A stretch of 62,377 bases of DNA, the filler included, from Platydemus manokwari (Eukaryota): the NCBI GenBank assembly GCA_037951405.1. It is 6 parts of 6 records of this genome, joined end to end, with 100 filler letters (N's around TTAATTAATTAA, not from the genome) between each part and the next. Parts side by side here need not be neighbours in the genome. Positions count along the whole stretch, not along the records: positions 11,027 to 19,934 come from JBBMOY011331872.1; positions 20,035 to 30,246 come from JBBMOY011157882.1; 4 more parts are not named here. One strand, given 5' to 3'. The translations under genes were made by a program, and so were the position numbers. Positions 14,401 to 24,300 of this stretch are shown in pieces (positions within the stretch are counted from its first letter, which is position 1; each line of letters begins with the position of its first letter). Below the pieces are notes generated by a model, which was not told the origin of the DNA, did no database searches, and was given only the letters and a program-made list of their open reading frames with translations.

Positions 14401-16801
14401 CGCCATGATTATATGTGTCACCTAGAACATGTTGAGGAATTAATTATAATTCTATTTCATTTCAAAATCAAACGATTTCATTTTGTTTTATAATCTATTT
14501 TAAATTATTCGATTATCTAAAACCGTCGCCTTTGATTTTGTTCAGGTTTTCTGTGATTTCCACGGCCATTCGAGACGAAAAAATGTTTTCATGTTCGGTT
14601 GTAGTCCTTTTATGTCTTGGATAAATGAAGACACAAACAATCCAACGTATATCGATTCGAGAAATGAAGATAAATCGTATTTAGTTTTGCCAAATATTCT
14701 GAACAACATTTCGCAATCGTTTTCTTTTGAATGTTGCAAGTATTTCACAATAATAATTATTATTATTTTCAGTTCTGATAATTATTAATAATGTTTTTTA
14801 TTAATATTATTATTTTATGATTTACCTGTCGTGCCAACACGAAATTCTTTTTACACGTTTGCACCAATTAATTCTGTCCTGTTACAAGACAAATGTTGTG
14901 CCGTTATGTTTACTAGTGGTTCCTAACGCCATTTGATTTGTTTATAATTGTTAATATTATTAGCCGCTACTATTTTAAAACCCACACAGTAAAAACGAAT
15001 TGAAAAGTTAAGATACCTGAAATCTATTTAAATACAAATATTTAAACAAATAAATTTCATTTTATACAATATGATTTTATATAAAATTAGAATTAAATTT
15101 GAATTAGAAATTTAATTCATTTCAAATTTGATTCATTTAAAATATCTCACAAATATAATTATTAGTACGTCTAAGCAGTAAATTTTTTCCCAATGATTAA
15201 TTTCTTTCGTGATTTACATTTTTTCTATTTTTCTCAAAGCATGACCTTATATTATATACTTATATATAACATTCATATTTTATAACTGTTGGGGTTTATT
15301 ATCTCTCCTTTTTATCATAGTCATTAAATCCATCTAAGTATCTAAATGATTTTATAATCATAAGAATTTCTTCATCGTTCCTTTGCTAATTAATCTTTTT
15401 ATTTTCCATGATTATTGTCGATATTTACATCTTCAATTTTTACCAGAATTATCATGTTTTGGTGATTTTTATCCAAGTTGTTTTAGCAAATATCTTTATT
15501 AATGTTTTTTCAAATATTTGATTTGCATCTTCATTTTTGACTTCTATCTGAGTTTATTCATCACTCAGATTTCCTTATTATTGACTATCTTTTGCAAAAA
15601 ATACAATTTTGTTCTTGTTAAGTTCTACATGATAATAAAGCATTTGTTGAATATTTGCAATTCATATCCATCAATTTTCTTTCACTTCTTTTTCATCATT
15701 TTTTTCAATATTTATAACCTGTATCACGCATTGGATATTTTCTGTCTCATTTGGTTAATTTATGGAGATTATTTTCATGACAACCTCTCACAGAAAACTA
15801 GTTTTCTAAGAATTGTTCTACAAATTTACTTTCTCATGTTAACATTTGTTGATGTGAGTTTTGTTTTAATTTTTACTTGAATTGAAATTTATTATCGATA
15901 CATTTTATTAATTTAAATTAATGATGGATTGTGTCGACATTTATACAACAGCAAATATATGACTTTGAGTTCTTAATTATGATTTTTATTGGAAAATAAA
16001 GATCTATTAGCAATATATTTCAATAATATTAGATAAATAGTGAAAAAACGTGTGTCTATTCTATATTAAATCAATTAAACTTATCCAGTTTAATCCCTTA
16101 GAATTTTTCCCACGAGATAGACAAATCTTTTCTTCACAATTCTCATTGAAGCTTAAAATATTCACCTTCATTTCGTCGTTATTGTGATTATTTTTCACTA
16201 GATGATCATTTTGATAATCTCATAATACCTAATGAATACCGTTCTTATTTCCATGACTACACAATTAATTAGAATTCCAAAATCTGAGATACTGAAAATA
16301 CTCCATTCAAAATCAAATATTCTGTTTTGACAGTCCATTTTGTATGATATCGTTGAGATAATCACTTAAGCATTTTACATATTAAACCATTTTTCATTGT
16401 AAGCAATTATTTTCACAAACCCAGCTTAAAGATGAACTAAATATCTGATCATTGATATTTGGGATTATTGCATTTTGAAATTATTCTAACAAGTTGATCA
16501 TTGGACATTTATTCAGTTTTGCTGTTGAAAAATCGAAAGAATCGACGGCACGTGTCGTTGTTTGGCGTCAATTCGGTGTACAAAGAAGCTATACAATGGA
16601 ATCATCGTATTGTAGTTGCGATCAGGGTAGTTACAAGCATCTCCATATCAATGTTCCAATGTTAGAAGAAATTGGCAGCCAATTTGCAGAAGCATTATTA
16701 CATATAGATGATTCGATCAGTAGTCATTCATCTAGGAATTCTACAGTTCCTAAACTGAGCCAGGACTACAATTTCAATGAATTGATAACCAATAATAAAA
16801 T
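11417..16801 (+). CDS. AGTPBP1: Cytosolic carboxypeptidase (M14D tubulin deglutamylase, CCP1/Nna1-like); exons 11417-11783, 11825-11954, 14546-14739, 16517-16801; 5' part missing beyond the contig join, 3' end unresolved
   Basis: Motifs [12 protein letters not shown] (zinc HxxE), [13 protein letters not shown]|[59 protein letters not shown] (catalytic E). All GT-AG junctions keep frame. Confidence 0.9.
12340..12450 (+). mobile_element. hAT (GTF2IRD2/Charlie-type) transposase relic in CCP intron
   Basis: Translation [24 protein letters not shown] resembles the recalled motif DESTD..D.AQL.IF.RG.DE.FNI. Confidence 0.45.
13000..13439 (+). mobile_element. pogo/Tigger-like 3' end relic
   Basis: Ends TTCGGATTAATGAAGGTTGACTG-TA, a typical pogo TIR plus TA target. 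Upstream is a decayed acidic coding-like stretch. Left boundary is approximate. Confidence 0.4.
14958..15151 (-). mobile_element. Solo LTR of the TRIM-like family (194 bp) in CCP intron
   Basis: Homologous to 17951-18086 and 18323-18476 (AGCCGCTACTATTTTA...TGAAAAGT...TATTTAAACAAAT...TCACA). Perfect 5-bp TSD AATAT/AATAT. Confidence 0.85.
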
Positions 16802-17203
16802 GTAAGTATATATTGATTTTATTCAATGAATCCTTTTTTCATTTAAATTATTTTATCGATTATTTGTGTGGCATAGGTGAGTATAATAGTTCATTTATAT
16901 ATTGTAGATTATTCTTACCTCAAAAATATTGTAAAAATTTGTTCAATTTCTTTTCATATTTTGTTATTTTCAAAATATTTGTGTTTATATGTAAAACACG
17001 ATTTGTCTAATCGACTTTATAAATTGGAACTCACTCCAATGAACAAATCAATTAAGATACTTTTCTGTTGTCATAAACATTTAATAATATGAATCAATAA
17101 CATCAAACCCGTCTCTTTGCATGTAACCCTTCTCGTGAATTAATTTCAAATCTATATTTTCGTGTGTTTTGAATGTTAATTAAATTATCGATCATAGCAT
17201 GAT

Positions 17204-17408
17204 TGTAAGCCGCTACTATTTTATAAAACACCCATATAAAACAAACTGAAAAGTCACCACATCAAATTCTATTTGAATACAATTATTTAAACAAATACAC
17301 ATAATTCTATATAAAATCAAACTTCACCCAAAATTAAACTTTATATAAAATCAATTTCTATACAAAATTAAATGTTTAAAAATTTTAATTCAATTTATAA
17401 TGTTCATA
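17204..17408 (-). mobile_element. Solo LTR of the TRIM-like family (205 bp)
   Basis: TGTAAGCCGCTACTATTTTATAAAAC...GTTCATA. Flanks ATGAT/ATGGT (4/5). Confidence 0.8.
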
Positions 17409-17950
17409 ATGGTGATGATGGATATTGCTCAAGGTGCATGCTCGATTATAAAATTGAAAATTTTAATATTTTCATTTAATTTTCTTCAAATTTCTCCGCT
17501 TTTTGAATTTATTCTTTCACATTTATTATTATACAGTTTTTGTATTAGCTTATTAATTACAAAATAAATAAAATAAAACCATGATGTCCAATAATCATCT
17601 CGATCAATGTTTTTTAAGCGTTTAATATGAAGACAAATTGGAACTCATAGCTTATTTCTCTCGATACATCAATAATTATTAATTCTTATCCGTTCATCAT
17701 CACATACCAGTTTAAAGTCACTGATAGGTTCATATGAAATGATTAAACAAGATTTAATTTTATTATGAAGTGTTATTTATTTGTAGTTTCGGATTTGAAT
17801 CGATTAAATATCGCTATCATATAAATTGATGCATGAACATTGTAGCGTGTTTATCCAAATCGATGTTTGAAATAATAAAATATGAAAACCACTAATTGAA
17901 AGATTGTAATATTAAATGAAATTAATTTTACCGTCCATTTTTATGTAATT

Positions 17951-18476
17951 TGTGAAGATTTAAAATTTGAATTTAAAAATGTTTTATAAAATAATATCAA
18001 AAGATATTCATTTGTTTAAATAATTGTTCTTAAATAGACAATAGTTCAATTTCAATACGTGTTTTATAAAATAGTAGCGGCTTATATGGCGAACACGCAT
18101 TTAGATTTGATTCTGAGAATTTCTATGGCGTAGAGGTATAGAAGAGAAGATAAAAAAAGAGGTAGAAAATATAAAATGAAGATATAAAGAAAATAAAGAA
18201 GATTCGAAGAATATTGAAAGATAAAATAAATAGAAATTTTCATTTAGAGAAATATATGGAGAATTCATCGCAGAGATAATTAGGAACAACACAAACGATC
18301 AAATATTTTAAAGAAAGAGAGGTGTGAGGATTTAAAATATTAATTTAAAAATGATTTATAAATTAATATCAAAAGATGTTAATTTGTTTAAATAATTGAT
18401 CTTAAATAGACTATTTGATGCCGTGACTTTTCAGTTCGTTTTTAATGAGGGCTTTATAAAATAGTAGCCGCATACA
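17951..18476 (+). mobile_element. TRIM-like miniature non-autonomous LTR retrotransposon (526 bp)
   Basis: LTR1 17951-18086 (TGTGAAG...GCGGCTTATA). PBS TGGCGAACACG at 18087. Non-coding interior of 236 bp. PPT AAAGAAAGAGAGG ends at 18322. LTR2 18323-18476 (TGTGAGG...GCCGCATACA). Flanks TAATT/TGATT. Confidence 0.85.
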
Positions 18477-19934
18477 TGATTAATGTCTTATTTAATATCT
18501 CGTTTCTGAAATTTATTACATTGTTTTCGAATTAATATCTCAATTATTATTAATAAACATAATAATAATAATGAATTTCGGCCTTTCGATTATATTATTA
18601 TCTTTAATATAAATACTTTTATAATTTAATATTATTTTATCGATTTATTTTCAAAATATTTGAATGGACAAGTCTGTCTTTTTCTATCTTATCGCACATC
18701 AATAATTTCCTATCGATCCATCTGTTTGATTTATTGATAAAATCAGAATCCATAATATTTCCTATTAACACTAATAATTATATTTTTTCCGAAAAATTTC
18801 TCTGAAATTTAATTTTAGTAATTATTATTCTCAGATAGATTTCTACCGAAAATCGTGAAACCAGAAAATTATAAATGTTTGAATTTTAATATGTTAATAT
18901 TGTTTTCGTTTTGCTTTTTTATAATTTTTAATTATTTTAATTATCCTGTCGATCTCTTGTTAGAGATAAGATAGTAATTTTATTAATTATAAGTAATTAT
19001 AAATTCTATCCCCAAATATGCTATGTGACAGTATTATAAAATATTTGATTATCATACATATATCTGTTCATTCACCTGTTTTCATCAAGCAACTCAATGA
19101 ATTTAATGATAAACATTCTATATTCCCAGTGGCCGTGTTCAGTTTATTTACATTTTCCTATTTATTCGGCTTATATACATTTTTTATTGTAATCCCATTC
19201 TTTCTGATGTCGGTATGAGCACATGTTGTATTAATAATTAATCTCTCATTCTGTATTGCAATTCAATTTGGAAGTCTAATATTTATTTTCATCGTTTTTT
19301 CAATGAATTTAAATCATAATTTTTCGATGAAACGAAACTTGGTTGAATGAAAATTCAAATCAAACTATTTCCTCCTCTAAAAAAACAAACAGAGGTAAAA
19401 ATCTGATATCTAATATTCGAATTGTGTAAAATTGGGAAATCTGATTAGATTAGTTTATTCTTTATTGTTTCATGATTTCAATTCAATTGGCTTATCTATT
19501 AACTTGGTTAAATCAATTTTCATTTGATGCCATTATTTTCACGGTTTAGTTTTATCATAATTATTGAGTTATTATTCTTTTCTGATACACAATCACAATA
19601 TTTTTAAAAATATTTTATAAATCCATGTAAGATCATCAATCTTGAACGCTATAGTATCAGATTTGTTTGACTATCCACCATTCTATCGAACTTTGAAAAT
19701 AATAGGAAAATCATTTAAAAACACAATTTTCTACTTCTCGTTTCGAGGAATGTGATGGAAAAATCCTATTAATAAAGCTTGACATGCAAGTCTCGAATCT
19801 TGAAAATTTCTGAAATTTGATAACTTATGTGAAACTCAATTACCTATTTCTTACTAGTAACAAATGCATCCGAAACACTGTTTAGTATGCGACTTTCTGC
19901 ATCAGTTATCTGATACCACCTTGTAAATTTATTT

Positions 19935-20034
19935 NNNNNNNNNNNNNNNNNNNNNNNNNNNNNNNNNNNNNNNNNNNNTTAATTAATTAANNNNNNNNNN
20001 NNNNNNNNNNNNNNNNNNNNNNNNNNNNNNNNNN
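19935..20034. other. Artificial contig-join spacer
   Basis: N44-TTAATTAATTAA-N44. Confidence 0.95.
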
Positions 20035-20067
20035 ATCGCGTCTTTTACCATGTCTACTTTTAAATTT

Positions 20068-20410
20068 TCATAAAATGTTATCTGTTTTTGTGGGACCCAC
20101 ATCCTTATTATTATACCAAATAAGAAAGTCCCGGAGTGTGTTCATTTTTTCGGCTATCCACACTCGTTGACATGCTACGTATTCCTCTTTGGAAATGTTA
20201 CAATTTTTCAGTTTTGAATAGTATGCTTCATGTGGTGGCAGACAAGTCTTATAAAATTTATCTAAAGATGTCACATATTCGTAACAAAAATGTCTCTTTG
20301 TCTCTTCTATTCTGTAAGCTGCTAATTATTTGGTGTACGTAAAGCCGGGGGCGAGGTAATAGCATATGTCCAAGATTTTCAGTTCCTTTGTGGCTATACA
20401 CATGAAAATA
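20068..20410 (-). mobile_element. Protein-primed family-B DNA polymerase fragment (Polinton/Maverick or adintovirus-like), decayed
   Basis: LKILDICYYLAPG ... FCYEYVTSLDKFYKTCLPPHEAYYSKLKNCNISKEEY..CQRVW....MNTLRDFLIWYNNKDV matches the recalled pPolB pattern FPYEY..S..KL....LPP..AFYS.L....IS..DY.....VW......TL.DY...Y...DV. Interrupted by a frameshift and a stop. Confidence 0.75.
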
Positions 20411-21329
20411 GTGTTGTTTTTAAAATGCTCCTATAAATGTGTTCATTAATATATACATTATAATGTTGCTTCGTTAGTTGAATTAAATATCTACAGAAAT
20501 TTGATTCGTATCAAACTGCGATCATTCAGGAAACAATTATGGATGAAGGCATATTGTAATTAAAATAACAAAATCAGGTTTTGTTTAAAGATTACCGCTT
20601 GTGTGTGGGAAAACTTTAAATAGTGATAAGAAATTTGGGTTTAGACATTGGTTACAAAATTCACAGAAGACTCCGTATTATATTTTAATCATATATTTAC
20701 AATAATGTATTTTGAATATCACTGTTTTGAAAATTGAAAAACTAAATTACAATAAGTTTACGAAATACTGATAATGGAATTGTTCACAAAGATACGTGAC
20801 AATTGAATATTTACATTTCATAGTGATAAAACCGACGGTTTATCACAAATATTGATCATATCAAAGGTCATTGATAAAAAATTCACATTAAGCATTTCTA
20901 TAATATTATATTTGTAAACTGCTGTAGAATAGTCAAAAACTTAATTTTTTGATTTGAGTTATAATTTTTCATTATTTACCATACTTAAATAAGAAATTAA
21001 AATATTTTGGAGTCCAACTACTAGTTTGCAAAATATTTTCATTGGATTTGATTTAAAACAATTATAATTATTACTCAAATTTTATTACGCAAATTGTTCA
21101 AAATTAGTTAACTTGATTTTTCAATTATGAGTATGACAAAAAATGAATTAAGCATTCACTAAGCAACATTTATTATTCAATACATAATAAATGAAAAACC
21201 ATCAACGATGTAATATGTTCCTAACATTTCGAAATAATTTGAAAATAAAAATATAAGAATGTTTATTGTCTTTACGAAAATTTAATTAAAAACTAAGCAA
21301 TAACCAAATCAAAATGAATTGAATTAAAG

Positions 21330-21335
21330 TTTATT
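21330..21335 (-). promoter_or_regulatory. Putative polyadenylation signal of alpha-spectrin
   Basis: AATAAA on the minus strand about 8 nt after the stop codon. Confidence 0.45.
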
Positions 21336-21343
21336 CTTTTTAA

Positions 21344-24300
21344 CTAATTTTGAAACAAATGCCCAGTAAACGCCTTATAGTCATAAGCATCAGGTATAGG
21401 TTGACCGGATTCCGAAATATATGGGGGCATGCTTCGTAAACAAAATTCAGCTTGATCTTTAGTAAGATTCTAAAAAATATTTAATGAAATTTAATTAAGT
21501 TGTAGAAAATTTAAAACTCACAGCATATAACTCTTGTTTCGTTATATAAGGTTTGGATTCTTTAGTTAAAGCACAGAAAGCTTCTTCGACTTCTTGACGG
21601 GATTGTACATTTTCAGTTTCGCGACTTATCATGAAGGCCATAAATTCTTGTAAAGTTACATAACCATCACGGTTAGGATCGACAACTGCTAAAATGGTTT
21701 CAAATTCTGGATCTATCTGACCTTCTTCAACAAACGCAAGATCCATTCCAAGCGCTCTCAAACAAGATTTAAATTCTCTATGATCTAATCTTCCAGATTT
21801 ATCTTTGTCGAAATGTTTAAACATCATTGAGAATTCTCGAAGAGCTTCTTCACTAACTCCACTAACGTTACGGGCTTGTATTTGCTGCTCTAGATTATGA
21901 TGCATTCGCATAGCTAATTGGTCCAATTGATCCCAAGCTTGACTTAGTCCAACCTAAATATTAATATATTTTTAAAAATAAATTTAAAGGTACTGTTAAA
22001 CATATATGCACAAGAAATGCTTATTTTTATCGAAAATAAAATAAACAACATTCACTTACAGTACTATGTTCAGTGTGACGATTATCAAGAATGAGTCTCT
22101 CTTCCAAAATAGCACCTTTTTCTTCAATCTGTTTCAAATCAATTTTACGATCTTTAACCTCTTTAGATTTTGCTTTTGTAGCTTCTAACTGTTCTTCTAA
22201 TGTACCAACACCTTCCATCAATGCAGATCGAACACTTTGAAGCCATTGGTGGAATTTATCTGCCATTCGTGCAAATTCTTGACGAAGTACATCATTTTCC
22301 TCTTGGCGTTTTGTTTCTCGAACCAATTCCGCATCACGTTCTTGAATTATTCTTTGCAAATTTTTCCAAGTTTCTTCTAAAGCTTCCATAGTGAACCATG
22401 TATACGGATTTCCACCAACCTAAATAGCAAAAATGAACTTTTATATGATATAAAATTTCTTACTCCATAACTTTGAATCTCTTTATCCAACTGTCCAAGA
22501 TACATAAAATCTTCTTCTGCTGCTTTAAGCGAGGCCTTGAAATGGTTGTGAGCGTCACAAAGAGCTCTTATCTCTTCCAAAGAATTGCAACGCACAGGAT
22601 CGGTAAGATCTTCTTCAGCATTTTCGAACCAAGAATTGAAAGCAGATGCTTTTTTCGCAAAAGTTAAATATAATTCTTCAACCTTTTTATATCTTTCTTG
22701 AAGTTTTAACAAATGATCCTTTCGTCTTTTAGATTCTCTTTGAAGTTTATCCCATCTATCGATCAAATTTTGATAACGCTGTTTGATAGCATCGCTTTGT
22801 GCGTGTTTTGATTCAACTAATTGATTGTGTAAAGCTGTAATAACTTCAATTCCTTCAACTCGGAATGATTCCAGCCCGGTATCAAATGTTTCATGTTTTG
22901 TTAATAATGTCTGCACACTACTCAAATCTCTTCCATAATCATCACTTTTAACCTATTAAACAAATAAATAATCTTCAGAATAATTTAAAACAAACTTGGG
23001 TTTCTTTATCTGCAATCCAAGACTCAACAACATCAGTTTTCCACATAAATTGAAGAAATGCAGAATTGTCTTCAAGACAGCGCTTTCTTCTCAAGGCAGC
23101 TTTACGAAGAACATCTAATTTCTCGCGAAGTCCTTCACAGCGTTGTTCGATAGCTTTAGAATTATGGTTATTATCATCAATTAGTTTTTGACCTTCAGCA
23201 CAAATATCATTGCATTTATCCTCATGAACCTATGGCAATAAAAATAATTTCATTTAAAAATAAAAATCAAACCTTCATATCAGTTTCAAAAGCATCATGT
23301 TTTTTCAATAAGCCCTGAACAGCAGCTAATGTATCTCCATAATCGGTACTACTTAACAAATGTTGCTTTTCTAAAATCCATGCTTCTTCTTCCTCAACAG
23401 TGTCTAAAAATTTTTGATATTCGGATGATTCTTCCAATTTTGTTTTACGAATAGTCGAAAGTTGTTGCAATTCAACCCAAGCCTTTTCTAAATGTTCTAA
23501 CTTTTTCTTGATTTCTTCAGGATTTGCTAATTGTGACTCATTCATTAGTTCATGGCCTTGTTTATCAACACTTTGAATTACTGGTTCGTGAGCATGAATT
23601 TCATTTTCTAATCGCTGATGTTTCTTCTTCAAATTACGAACACCAATTAAATCTCGACCATAATCTTCTGAGCTAACAAGAATTTTCTTTTCTCTGATCC
23701 AGGCTTCCTCATCATCAATAGTTCTATAGAAATCGTGTAATCTCTTAGCTTTACCAAGTGTCACGGCTCTATTTTCGGCTAATTGCTTGACTTTTTCGTA
23801 ACGTTCATTAATCATTTTTTTCCTTTCTCTTATTGTATCCGAATCACAAGTACCTGATTCAATAAATTCATCTGCTCTTTCATTAAGATCTTTTATACGA
23901 TCTTCATGAGCATGGATATCGGTTCCTAATACTTGGTGCTTTGACAATAGACTATCGACTGATGCAGAATCTTTGCCATAATCAGGACTGGATAATGAAT
24001 GTTCTACTTCTCCAAGCCAAAATTCAACGTCTTTTAATCCAGCGTTATAAACAGCTTGTCTATTAGCTTCTTGTAGTTTTTCAGATTTGTCTTTCGATTT
24101 ATTTACCAAATAGTCCCATTGATCAGCTAATTTATTAACTCGTTCTTCGACTGCATTTTCTTGACCCATGCATTGGCCTGAAAAATAATCATTTGTCATA
24201 TATAACTAAATAATTATATAATACATGTTCATCATCACTATCATAAGCAAATTGATCATAAGTAATTTCAAGAAATACATATACACAAAATAAATATAAC

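Noticed and set aside
15518-15880. Hydrophobic 120-aa ORF in CCP intron, and similar F/I/L-rich ORFs such as 44014-44260
   Set aside because: Expected from T-rich low-complexity DNA; no motif support.
17204-18476. Ginger-like DNA transposon reading (TGT-starting inverted ends with 4-bp TGAT flanks)
   Set aside because: The two ends are better explained as separate LTR insertions, each with its own 5-bp TSD, plus a PBS and PPT. Other copies occur singly with TSDs.
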